Assembly (NCBI GenBank): GCA_030141605.1
Contig: JAQGDQ010000032.1
Span: 813,184-877,183 of the forward strand
Source: Tubiluchus corallicola
Taxonomy: Eukaryota > Animalia > Priapulida
Direction: 5' to 3'
DNA length: 64,000 bases
Numbering within the stretch: position 1 is the first letter of the stretch; the number at the start of each line of letters is the position of its first letter. Shown in pieces: positions 1 to 27,220 of this stretch. Position numbers and translations under genes: made by a program. The notes under the pieces were generated by a model. That model searched no databases, was not told the origin of the DNA, and saw only the letters and a list, made by a program, of their open reading frames with translations.

Positions 1-353
1 TTTATTATACATGATTTTCCGCATTTGCATGAGTGTCAGCACATTACTATATATATATATATCAATACACATTCACGCATCAAAAATGTAAGCATTGATC
101 ATAAAATGTGCAAACCTATAAAGATAAAGCTAACCTAACATACAGTATGCAAAGTTGATTTACAACACAGACAATTAAACTTTTCTTATTCACGTGCTTA
201 GCATGTACACTATGTTGAAATGCACACAGTGCAAACTTGATTACATAATACTTAGTATTTGGAAACAGGAACAAAAACAGCAAGTTAGTTTATTTGTCAA
301 GTAAACACTGTTTGGTAAACTTTTGAAAAGGCAAAATAAGAACTAAGACTTAC

Positions 354-481
354 TTCTTTGTATCCTGCTTTACTTTATAGAAGCGAAAATCAGTGGGATA
401 TTTATGGAATTCAACCATGTGTTTTTTACGGATGTTGCTATCATGGAATCTTTCTTGGCATCCTTCAACCAAACACTGATA
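354..481 (-). CDS. ZNF511: ZNF511-like zinc finger protein, coding exon 3 (gene continues beyond window start)
   Basis: Translates YQCLVEGCQERFHDSNIRKKHMVEFHKYPTDFRFYKVKQDTK, matching the ZNF511 motif YQCLVEGC..F.....RK.H....H.YP.DFRF; acceptor tttttccAG and donor GTaagt; phase 0 start fits exon 2. Confidence 0.88.
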
Positions 482-752
482 CTGGAAAAAGCCAAATTCC
501 CATAAACATAAGCACATGAGGTAGTTAGTTACTCTAGCAGTAATTTTGACACACAACACACATGCAGCTTTTTTATAACTTGTCAATATTCCCTTTTCCC
601 ACTCAGCAATTTTAGTTCATTGCACTCTGCATCAACAAATCACACAAATCTGGAATAAATCATTAATTGCTCACAACTTGGTGGTATTAGTATTTTTCTT
701 CAATGCAGAACTATAACTCTTAAATGTATGCAAGTCGTAATGAAAGCACTTA

Positions 753-1505
753 TGGCCCATTTATACATAGGACGGTTTTCTGCATATTAAAATCGCGCAG
801 TTTACCAAGTAGTTCATCGTTCAAATACAAAGCGGTTTTTCATAACTTCTATCCCACATTCAGAAATGACGTCGTTCGCTGTGTATGAATGTTGGCACTC
901 TGTTTATATAGGTGAAATCATAAAATTGCTAGAAGACACAGTTGTACATCAGTATACGAAGTATTGCAAAGAAGACCATTGCACGATCGATGAAAAGTGT
1001 GGCATAAAAAGAGAGAGAGAAAGAGAAGGGGGCAAACACACAAATGGAAGGAAGACAGACAGAATCTCACCATAGATAAACAGAAAAATTTTGTAAATTG
1101 TAGAAGGTGTTTTTCGTACTGTGCTTGTGCTCAGTTAGGCTTTTATCACATAATATTGGATTATCTCCACTTCTAATACTATTGTTTCGGTTTTAACAGC
1201 CATTGTGCAATGTCCACTTCATTAACACGTGTGTATAGATCTCTTTTTTCTCCTAAAGCAGAGCCATTGCTGATGATGCATAAACAAAGCCTACTTCTGA
1301 TTGGTTGCTTACAGGAAAATAATGTAGTTTTTGTAAAAAAATCACTCAGAGAGTAGTAAGCGAGAGAAACCATGCAGGCGATTATTTTGATTTGCGATTT
1401 CCCGCATTATGTATAAACGACGTCATCAGTATAACATAGAGCAATTAACAGCGGGAAGCCATGCGGAAAACTCCGCGGGAAATCGCCCTATGTATAAACG
1501 GGCCA
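753..1505. mobile_element. PIF/Harbinger (Tourist-like) non-autonomous MITE in ZNF511 intron
   Basis: ~30-bp imperfect terminal inverted repeats (tggcccatttatacataggacggtttt / aaatcgccctatgtataaacgggcca) flanked on both sides by TTA (750-752, 1506-1508), the 3-bp TWA target duplication of this superfamily. Confidence 0.8.
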
Positions 1506-2435
1506 TTAGATACGGTAGGTATCATCAACAATCAAAGTGACTCACAAACTACACTTTGATCACTCAGTATTTATCACAACAAACTACAAAAGACAATAGA
1601 AAATACAAGAGTAAGGCTATTACTATGTTATCATTAGCTCAGTGTTTTTTCACGAAGAGTGACATGGTTCATAGCACCCTAAAAATCCTATGCTTTTACA
1701 ATCAGTTTATACTTGGAACAGTGTAAGAGCATGCATATATGCTTTTATCCAGAGCTCTCAGCAAGCAGAGTTAATTGTGTAGCAAACCTACACTGTCCTG
1801 ACTTGAAGTAATCACTGGAGATTCAACACACAGATCTGTAGAGCAATAGATAATGGCACAACCCAGTCATTGTGAAGTCAGCAATTAACTTGAAATTTGT
1901 CACTGTCAGGTTTTTTCTGTTTCCGGTTTGGCAGTGCCAGATTGCAATCTTTTTTTCTATAAATGTGTGTGAAAATTCACAGAAATATGCCTGCTTTCGC
2001 AAAATTGTACCCAAAGGAGATGTGATCACTATAACTGCTCTTGCAGGCTTTAACTTAAATTTATAAGTGCAGTAATTAAGTGTATTTTGTGGTCTAAAAG
2101 CTGCCATGTTTTCCTTTAAAAATAAGAGAATGAATGTACACAAGTATGTTCTAGAAACTACAAACAAATTTTTATAAACATTGTTTAATGTGTAAAAAAA
2201 ATCCCAAGTTTAGGGGTAAACTTCTACCGTTTTACATATATATATATATAAGATATATATACTATACATTTATACATAAATAAATAAAAAATATACATTT
2301 ATACATTATACATAAAATACATACATAATATATATATTTTAATGTCTTTTTTGATAATTTAATATCTCATGTATGAAATACTTTTCCTGGTACAGCAAAT
2401 GGTCAAAGAAGTTTTTATAGGATTAAATTACTTAC

Positions 2436-2637
2436 AAGATCTTTGTTTTGCGAAGCGGCTTGGAAAAAAGTATCATGATTTTCAAGGATATGCAGCTCCA
2501 GCAAGTGGTTGGTGACGAAGGATGTCTTGCAGTAGCTACAGCTATGTCGGTGCTGAAGATTATAATGAGACTCGTACAACGGGACTGTTGAAAATGTCTG
2601 ACTACAACCAGTTTCACATCTGACATGTGTGCAGCGG
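2436..2637 (-). CDS. ZNF511: ZNF511-like, coding exon 2 (two C2H2-type fingers)
   Basis: Frame not in the ORF track: RCTHVRCETGCSQTFSTVPLYESHYNLQHRHSCSYCKTSFVTNHLLELHILENHDTFFQAASQNKDL, matching ZNF511 (YEHHY...H...CS.CK..F...HLL..HILE.HD..FQ); acceptor ttatttcAG, donor GTaagt; 202 nt, phases fit exons 1 and 3. Confidence 0.9.
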
Positions 2638-3622
2638 CTGAAATAATAATTTCTTGTTATTTTAGTGCTTGGCTACGATTACCAGATGGTTACAACAGCA
2701 AATGTCATGGTGACTCGGCAATAAATTTCCACACGTCCAAAGTGAAAAAGTTGTTGAAAAAATAATATTGCTCAAAAAATAAGGCCAATATGACAATACG
2801 ATACCCATGCATGAAAAACAAGAGACTATTACCGTAACTTATTTTCTAATGAAGCAAAAAGTATGTTTGACAAAGTCAAGGAAATTTTATTTTCTAAACA
2901 TGAAAATGTTCAAAATGCTCAAAGCACTATGCTGCTGGCAATTCTACATAGTAGTGTCCAAAGTATTTAGCTATGGTTTTTCACTTATTCAGTTTGCCTC
3001 TCTTGCAAAAACATGCAGCAGTATCACAGCCCCAGTATTCATTTGAATTAATTTAGATTAGAATAGATTACTTTATTTCAGCATAAAAAGCCAGACAAAA
3101 ACATTTAAGAATATTACATCACATTACAAAAAATACTGTGATAAAAGCTACACTAAAAATACTATTCTATACAACATATGCCGTAAATAAACGTTTCTAT
3201 CTATCATGTTCGACGACTGTTATTTACAAACAGTCTATTGTGCCACATCTTAAAATAATGAGATCACATAATTCATACGGAGTTGGCAACAGTTATTAGA
3301 TGCTTATTGTTCACAAGTTCTAGTAATTGTTTCCTGATACTGTAATGGGTTTTCCTACAAAGGTGTGAAAAATGTGGCAATAATAAATTTTGTCCATAAT
3401 GACATACAATAAAAAGTAAAACAATATCCCTTAAAAAGATGTAATTTAACATCGTGGGAAACAAATCACCATTATTTCTTTTAGTGATTTGAATTTTCTG
3501 CGGAACACGTGAAACAATAAATAAAAGCAAAAAAGCAAGCTGAATAAAAACACATACTTTTGGGTTAACAAAGTACAGCTAATACATAACATTCAGAATG
3601 AATGAATAAAAAACTCCTTTAC

Positions 3623-3774
3623 CTGTTTACATCATTAGGGAGCATAACAATTACTTTTGGTGAATTTTTAAGCAGCTCTGTAATTCCATCTTGGAAAAAG
3701 TCACTGTTCAATTTAAAGTGCCTTCTCAATGGTTCATGTATCCAGGTGTGCATATTCTTATTTGTGTCTTGCAT
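3623..3774 (-). CDS. ZNF511: ZNF511-like, first coding exon
   Basis: MQDTNKNMHTWIHEPLRRHFKLNSDFFQDGITELLKNSPKVIVMLPNDVN; FFQDG matches the ZNF511 N-terminal FFEDG motif; in-frame stop upstream; donor AG|GTaaag phase 2 joins exon 2 in frame; alternative ATG at 3753. Confidence 0.8.
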
Positions 3775-4097
3775 AGCAAAGTGTGTTTGAGATTATTTAT
3801 ATAGCATCTAGTGAGCTGAGAGTTCATCTGCAAGAGCCTACAAAAAGCAAACATCTGGTATCCATCCAGCTACGAAAAACATCGTTCAGTATGAAGTTAA
3901 CAATCATTGCTAAGACACAACGTGGTATCTATGTCTACAGATCTACAGATGAATAAATAACCTTGAAAATCCAAGTATTAAGATGAATTTGTCATAAGTT
4001 CACAAGGCACAATTGCTTTCAATTAGCACAAAAAGCCTCATCAGAAAAAGATCTAGGAATTTAAGTTATGGTTTGTCTAACATAAAGTTCAACAGGA

Positions 4098-7000
4098 TTA
4101 ATCAGCTAACATGTGAACAAAGCTGACAGGAAAAAGCCCACAACGGTCAGGATGATCTTCAAGAATCCCTTCCTTCCAGTTCTCATCTTCAACTGCATCA
4201 TTTGTGATTACAATTATGTCCCCCTCAGAAAATGACAATTCATCATCATTGTCAGCTTCACAGTCATATAATGCTTGGCAACGCCTCGGTTTAACAGAAT
4301 CAACTTTTTTACGAGGAGCTGGTTTTGGAAGCATGTTATCAATTGCTTCAAAAGAATTATTTCTCACACGAACAGGGCTGCTTGAGGGATTATTGCCAAA
4401 TGCACTATTTTCACTAGAAAGAGCAGACATTGATGTTGACATACTGCTACTTCTTGCATGACTTTTGTTCCATGGAATATCTGACGGTAACACAGCAGAC
4501 GATTGTGCTTTGGAAGACAGGCGTGATTTCTCTTTGACGTTGCTAGAGTGACGATCTGTAAAATTTGGCTTGCTTGCTGTAGTAGGTTTCTCTCGTATTG
4601 GAGGCCGACCATCCGTGTTGGATGACCGAGGTGCAATAGCTGGTTTATTACTAGCCACTGATGACCTGTCACCTGTACCACGCAGTCCTGCACTTGGAAT
4701 CCTTGCCCCTTGAAATGCAGGTGGTGGTGGAAGAACAAACACACCAGAATGCATATGAGAATTTCTTGATTGTGACAAGGTATGCACTGTTAGTGGCAAT
4801 TCTGGAGAAGGATTTGGATCAGAGGAAGTTCGGCGGTATTTTTTGGATTCACCTGGTTCCACCACAGGTCTTGCTGGTGGCTTAGGTGCTAAAATATCAG
4901 GCATTTTGATAGCCGTATTTCGCTGCTTTCTTAAACTTCCTTGTGATGTAAGGGACGATGTCATTTTGTTGCTAGGAGGTGGCGGAGGTGGTCCTATGCT
5001 GTTTCTTGATGACTGCGGCGATACCGATTCACTAGGAGATCCAGAGAAATGGTGCACAGATCTGGGTCTAGACGTTGGTGAATCATTAACTGTAAGCCGT
5101 TTATTCTTATCAGGTGTTATCCTTGAATCATCAAGTTCATCATCACTAAAATAATCAACAGGATCATAGATATGATCATCTTGAATTAGACCCCAGTCAA
5201 TGTTCACATTTTCAAACTGTTCTTTTTTGCCAGATGATGCAAAATTCAAAAGTTCTACACATAAACGAAAGCCTCGTTCATTTGCAAGAGCCTTCGGTAT
5301 TTTGCCATCAAAATTTTTAACATCCGTCTTAGCCCCAGAGCGCAAAAGCAATCTCATACATTCAGTCTGATTGTACAGAGAACACAGATGAAGCGCAGTG
5401 TCACCATCCTTATTTTGAACGTCAAGATTCTTACTGTTTTGGACTAGAAAGTCGACTATATGCAGTGAAGTTCCATCCTCCTGTGACACGGCTAAATGCA
5501 AAGCTGTGTCGGTTTTTTCAGTATCAGACAGAATAACTGTAAGATCAATACCTTCAGCAAATACTTGTAATAATGATGGCATATCACGACTTAAAACAGA
5601 AGCCCTCAAATCTTGCATTAGATCAGCACCACAAGAAGCTGTTCTCATGCAATACTGTTTGTCTACGTACTTAGCACGAATAAATTCTTTCCTTTCTTCC
5701 ATTGGACTAGAATTACTTGGCTTGTGCTTCAAAGGCAATGTGGCCTCAAATATTTCATTAAACATTGCATTACCAACAAATCTGGCAAGCAGTAGTTGAG
5801 ATGTTCCAACGTGATCAAGGTCAAGTGATTGTACACGTGAAACATGAACACCCATTTCCCGGTGAACACCCGAACATTCTATGCAAACCAGTATACCAAA
5901 GTTTGTTGAAAGCCATGTAACACCTTCCACTGCACCACAGTCACAACAACGATCATTTCCTGGCTGTTCTCGTGCTGCTCTTACAATACTGTCACGTAAT
6001 TCTAGTAAACTGTCATTTGGTTCAGAATCTTTCCCGGGGTCAGTGAAAGCCTTATTCAGTTGCTCCTCTTTGCTGTTTATCAATACAGACATCCAAGCTT
6101 CCATTTCACCATCCTGTTCTGCCTGGAAATGATATGTCCTATTATGTGAAATGAGATCAAAGCATTTCCTGTCCTCCGGGACAGACTTCACTTGACAGGT
6201 TAACAAATTCAGCTTAACGGGTGGCTTTGTTTCATCTGAATGGAATATGTACAGAAATCCCTCCATTACACTGCATCGACGCTTTTGCCAGGTTTTTCGC
6301 ATTTTACTTTCACTCTTCTTAAACAAATAACCCGACTTTGAACAGCCATGTAACTTGTTACCTTGCAACTGATGAAGGTTGTATCCAGTAGGAACACCCT
6401 GTACTTGTTCTTCTTTTTCCAAATTGAATGAAGATTTCAGTAGTGACCTTAGTTCTAATAGTTGTTTTTTCTCATTATCCTGTTTATGTTTTATCATATG
6501 CAATTTGTTGGACAGTTCACCAACATACATATTAAAATGCTCTATCGTTTTAAGACCATCTTGAAAGAAGTTATTTTGTGCATGGTAATATTCAACAAAA
6601 TGCTGCAAAAGTTCGACTCCCTTTTTTGTTTTAATATCATTCACTTTTATTAAATAGTCGCACATTTGCAGCTGAAACATCCGCCTTTCTTTTTCCATTT
6701 CTTCTGCTAATTCTGCAGGTGATAATTCAGTTCGGAAAAGACCTACTTCTTTAGCTTGCTGCAATTTCTCTTTTTTTAGCTTTGACACTTTTGTGTCATA
6801 GTCTTTCCAAGCTTTATCGAATGGTTTCTTCAGTTCTCCTTTCACTCCTTTTAAATCTCCTTTTAAAAGTGAATCTAATGGAAACATTATAATGTTGTTC
6901 AGGTTTTGCATTAATGTTTTCATAAGTGCTGAAAGTTCTTTCGTAACTACTGAAAATTTCAGAAAAGCAGCACCAACTTCGTCACAATCAAACGAGTTTG

Positions 7001-7262
7001 AAAACACATTGCTACCAAGTTTCTCTAAGTTTTCAGCTAAGAACGACTCGTTTTGTACGTATGTATTTCCTGTGTTGTATATTGCTTTGACGGATTTTTT
7101 CATCTTGCCCAGACAAAGGCGATCTTGGTCCAAAGAATCTTCTAAATTAAACAAAGTTTGTCGACAAACGCCCATCTTATTCACAAAAGTGGCAGTTGTT
7201 GGAGAGTTATAGTCCTCCCTGGTTTCTGCCAGGTACTCTGCTACTGTCATATTCTCGGGCAT
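4098..7262 (-). CDS. ASAP: ASAP1/2-type Arf GTPase-activating protein (BAR-PH-ArfGAP-ankyrin-proline rich-SH3), single-exon CDS
   Basis: 1054-aa uninterrupted ORF: BAR (..DYNSPTT..F, KGELKKPFDKAWKDY), PH (KSGYLFKKS..MRKTWQKRRC, LNLLTCQVK), ArfGAP zinc finger CCDC-X17-CIECSGVHREMG, ankyrin repeats (DTALHLAV, GDTALHL), PxxP tracts, C-terminal SH3 (ALYDCEADNDDELSFSEGD...GLFPVSFV). Confidence 0.97.
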   Translation of the reverse strand: MPENMTVAEYLAETREDYNSPTTATFVNKMGVCRQTLFNLEDSLDQDRLCLGKMKKSVKAIYNTGNTYVQNESFLAENLEKLGSNVFSNSFDCDEVGAAFLKFSVVTKELSALMKTLMQNLNNIIMFPLDSLLKGDLKGVKGELKKPFDKAWKDYDTKVSKLKKEKLQQAKEVGLFRTELSPAELAEEMEKERRMFQLQMCDYLIKVNDIKTKKGVELLQHFVEYYHAQNNFFQDGLKTIEHFNMYVGELSNKLHMIKHKQDNEKKQLLELRSLLKSSFNLEKEEQVQGVPTGYNLHQLQGNKLHGCSKSGYLFKKSESKMRKTWQKRRCSVMEGFLYIFHSDETKPPVKLNLLTCQVKSVPEDRKCFDLISHNRTYHFQAEQDGEMEAWMSVLINSKEEQLNKAFTDPGKDSEPNDSLLELRDSIVRAAREQPGNDRCCDCGAVEGVTWLSTNFGILVCIECSGVHREMGVHVSRVQSLDLDHVGTSQLLLARFVGNAMFNEIFEATLPLKHKPSNSSPMEERKEFIRAKYVDKQYCMRTASCGADLMQDLRASVLSRDMPSLLQVFAEGIDLTVILSDTEKTDTALHLAVSQEDGTSLHIVDFLVQNSKNLDVQNKDGDTALHLCSLYNQTECMRLLLRSGAKTDVKNFDGKIPKALANERGFRLCVELLNFASSGKKEQFENVNIDWGLIQDDHIYDPVDYFSDDELDDSRITPDKNKRLTVNDSPTSRPRSVHHFSGSPSESVSPQSSRNSIGPPPPPPSNKMTSSLTSQGSLRKQRNTAIKMPDILAPKPPARPVVEPGESKKYRRTSSDPNPSPELPLTVHTLSQSRNSHMHSGVFVLPPPPAFQGARIPSAGLRGTGDRSSVASNKPAIAPRSSNTDGRPPIREKPTTASKPNFTDRHSSNVKEKSRLSSKAQSSAVLPSDIPWNKSHARSSSMSTSMSALSSENSAFGNNPSSSPVRVRNNSFEAIDNMLPKPAPRKKVDSVKPRRCQALYDCEADNDDELSFSEGDIIVITNDAVEDENWKEGILEDHPDRCGLFPVSFVHMLAD

Positions 7263-7700
7263 TTTTTTTAGTTAAATTCGAATTTCATTAGTAATAAAAT
7301 AAAACACAAAAACGGAAACGCTACTTTCACACCCCACTCCTGGCAATCCATTCTGTAGTGTTGGCTCACAGTAGAAACCTTATTGGAAATCGTGGGCAGC
7401 ACAACTGCATTTCCCACTTTCCGCCACACCTAGGCTTAATTTCTATGGAAAAGCAAATATCAACACAGTTCAATATTAAATATAAAATAATTAAATGTAT
7501 AAACTGAGAGTCAGTTAGTTACAAATTTTTGTGTAGTAACGAAATGTTTATGGCTGCAGCCAAAGTCAAAAATCCATCAAGTACACGGTATTCTGGTCGG
7601 TAAAAGAGTAGGGATTTCATCTTCAACAAGTGCACATCTAAATTGGCGTCAGGCTGGCGATTGGCGAGTGCAGGCGTGTGTTTGATTTATGTTTCTTTGT
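7263..7700. promoter_or_regulatory. Putative bidirectional promoter between ASAP(/ZNF511) and SMAD4
   Basis: Divergent gene orientation; several CCAAT boxes (attgg at ~7382, ~7642, ~7660), tttccgcc element at ~7418, local CpG; followed on + strand by branch point cactaac (7742) and acceptor tttttgcAG (7768). Confidence 0.55.
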
Positions 7701-7768
7701 ATTTTTTTGTTAAAGTAATAATTATTATTCATAGTAATAAACACTAACGAAAATTTTCATTTTTGCAG

Positions 7769-7880
7769 GCACCTTGTCGTATACCAAGCTAGTGAGATCG
7801 ACGTCTGAAAAATTACATTTTGGACGACTACATATCTTAGGAAGCAGTCATACTTCATCCAAAGAAATCAGTCTATTATG
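7769..7880 (+). other. SMAD4: Probable SMAD4 5'UTR exon
   Basis: Good branch point and acceptor at 7768; donor ATG|GTaact at 7881 is tentative; next acceptor ttttatAG at 8666 opens the ATG-containing exon. Confidence 0.4.
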
Positions 7881-8762
7881 GTAACTATTTATAATCGATC
7901 CTTTCTCAAATGCCTTTTGAAACTGTTGATTGATGAAGTACTGAGGGTTGATGATGGAAAACGATTCCATGGCTAACGTACTCAATGCCTGAAAAAGTGA
8001 AATCTGGTATTTGTTGTAACTGATTGTATAAATAACTTTGACCCATGACCACAAAGAACTCTGTTTGGCCTAAAAAGTCTGCCTCTGTCAGAATAGTGTT
8101 TGTTTTGAAATAGTTTACAAGGTCCGCAATCTTATGAAGTGGGATCCAAATCAACAGTTAGACAAATACACCAAAGTTACGAGTTCATTATAAGCGCATG
8201 ATTGAGAATAGCTTTCTATAGTGACCATACAACCTACGCGTATTTCAGAATGGGTGTAACAATCAAAATGGTCCATTGTTGGGATCGTTCCATTACTGAT
8301 CAATTTAACAGTTACAGTTTGAAACTGTAACTCATTACAGTTACAAGTTATACATCAAAAAGTAATTTGTCACAGTTACCGTTTCTTCCCCATCATCAGA
8401 AGAGTAACTAGTTATCATTACAGTTCCTTTAAAAGGTAACTGTTGCATCCGAAACCGTCAAAAGTCACCCTACAATAGAGTCGCACTACTAACTTGTACA
8501 GCAGAAACTACTGTATAACAAAAATCAACTGTATGTTATTGAAAGAAGAGTATAATAAGAGATAAATCTAGTTTCTGAATGCTGCTACTGTATATTTATT
8601 TAGTTTGTATGAAACATTTTGACCACAGCATTTGCAGTATGATAAATTTTTGTTACTATTTTATAGGTTTAAGTGAGATGTCTCAAAGAATTCAAAGATT
8701 GCATAATAATTGATGCCCAGCCTATAGGCAATATTGTTTGCCTCAGAGTAGCATATTCATAG

Positions 8763-25252
<16,490 letters not shown>

Positions 25253-27220
25253 GAGTTGAAATATTGAGCTGCTATTTTGGCAGTCAGGTGCACATCAACA
25301 TTTGAAAGTCATGTGAATTTTATATCATAATTCCAGCTGTGCACCTTCATGGAAAGATAAGAAAACTACTTGTGGTCACAAGTTTAATTACAACTCTTCT
25401 GTCAGTCATTGTTTTAGCTTGTAGGTCTGATTATTCTCATTGGTGATTTCAGATGAATCACCCCTGTGACGTGTTTATTCATTTTTCTAATTTAATTAAA
25501 TCTAATGACTTGTGGGAGCGGAAGTAAGACTTTCAATACGTGACTAAGAACTCTAATACTGTAACATAAAACTAAGTGAAATGCTAAGTAGCTGCTGGAT
25601 TGTGCACTGTACAGCTGCACCCATATTACAGTCTACACGCGTATACTGTTCAATTTTCCCAACTTTTAATTGACTTTTGCACTGTACAGCACGTCGAACT
25701 GTATGAGTGATTTTTCTGAAGTGCTTAATAAAGAGCAGAGAAAATAATAGTTATGCAGGTGTTGTAATTTTTAAACAAATTGCTGTGGCTTCTGAAGTCC
25801 CGTTATTAAATTCTTTTGGAACACTAGAAGTCCATTACTGTGTGAAGTTTCAAGTGTTCTGGCACATTATGTTTTTTGTTATATTTTGAAATTTGTCAAC
25901 ATTAGATCAATGAAAGGAGTTGAAGTTTCATGAAAAAGTAAGAAGATTATGGTAACTGTATTACTAGTTCTGCTGATTTCCAAAATTGCCAAAATTTCTA
26001 TTTTTGCTGGTTCATTACATTTTCTATGGATGTTTTACAAATTTTTACCAAATATGCAGAGACCAAATATTATACGCTGATTTATTACAAATTGTGTGCA
26101 TAAAATTCTATTGCAATTTATATAAAAATTATTGCAAAGTGGTTGTAATTTTTCTTATTCTAAAGTTTTTGAAAGTGTTAAATTTCTTCTCACCTATATG
26201 TACATATTATGTTGCCCCCAAGAATTTGGTCCTAGTGACTAACAATGAGATTATCTTGTTTGTACATATATTACGTACATTGCAGGTATGCTTGCCAAAT
26301 ACAAATTTTGAGGTGTTGTGTACATGATTACCTTGTGTGAAATTTAGTTACAATAAATCCAATTTATTTAATATGTAGATCGATTGTAAAAAATATTTAA
26401 ATGCGAATCACTTATTATTCAATTCATTTGTAAAGACATGTTTTTATACCTTCATACCATTAATAGAGGTTTATGTTAATGGATTTTAATTTTTCTTTTT
26501 AACTATGCACTAGATTGTTTTAATAGTATTGTAACATTGCGTGGGGAACTCAAATTTCAATTCAACCATTGAAGCACAGGATTTCTTTATAAAATAACCC
26601 AAGTATGTTACGTATCTACAAAAGCAGTGATGCAATTATATTCACATTACAGTTATCTGTGTAGATACGCTTGACGCATGTAAACAACTAGTGAACAAGT
26701 AGTACTGTTTTGTCGTAAATAAGTAAAACAACAGTAAAATGAGTATTAATTTCAGTATTGATTATTATTTTGTACAGATAGAGAGATTTATTTTTTGTTC
26801 ATAGTGTAATTGCTAATCATGGATGTAACTTGGTGCATAATCTGGCCTACATAATTATTAGTACTAGAACGTATGAATGTGGCAAATTTAGTTCAAATTT
26901 TTAAAATTTATTGTAACTTGTGTAGAGGATCGTATCTAATCAAATCTGTTTAGGTGTTTCTTACTGAATTTAGATAAATTCTAACATTTTATTTGTTTTC
27001 ATATGCTAATATCTCTTCTCTGTTATTCGCATTTCTGTTTAGTGTTAATTGTGGCATGGTACTTTTGTCTGCAATTGTAATTTTTTTGAAACTGAAACTC
27101 AATTTTGCAAAAATGTTTCTTTTATAAAATATTACATTTATTTACCACTACAGCACATGTTTGTGCTACATGTTGTATCTGTTCGTTTCGGTAAAATAAA
27201 CATAAAAATAAATTTGTGTA
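25253..27220 (+). other. SMAD4: Probable SMAD4 3'UTR with several AATAAA signals
   Basis: U-rich sequence; AATAAA at ~25727, ~26352, ~27195 and ~27207, the last followed by a GT-rich stretch. Confidence 0.45.

Noticed and set aside
2432-2626. ORF-track peptide MSDVKLVVVRH...
   Set aside because: Wrong frame; another frame of the same segment encodes the ZNF511 fingers
4204-7212. Multiple + strand and alternative-frame ORFs overlapping ASAP
   Set aside because: Shadow ORFs of a long coding sequence; no recognisable domains
7848-8154. Two minus-strand ORFs between ASAP and SMAD4
   Set aside because: Short, non-ATG starts, no recognisable homology; within the SMAD4 5'UTR/intron region
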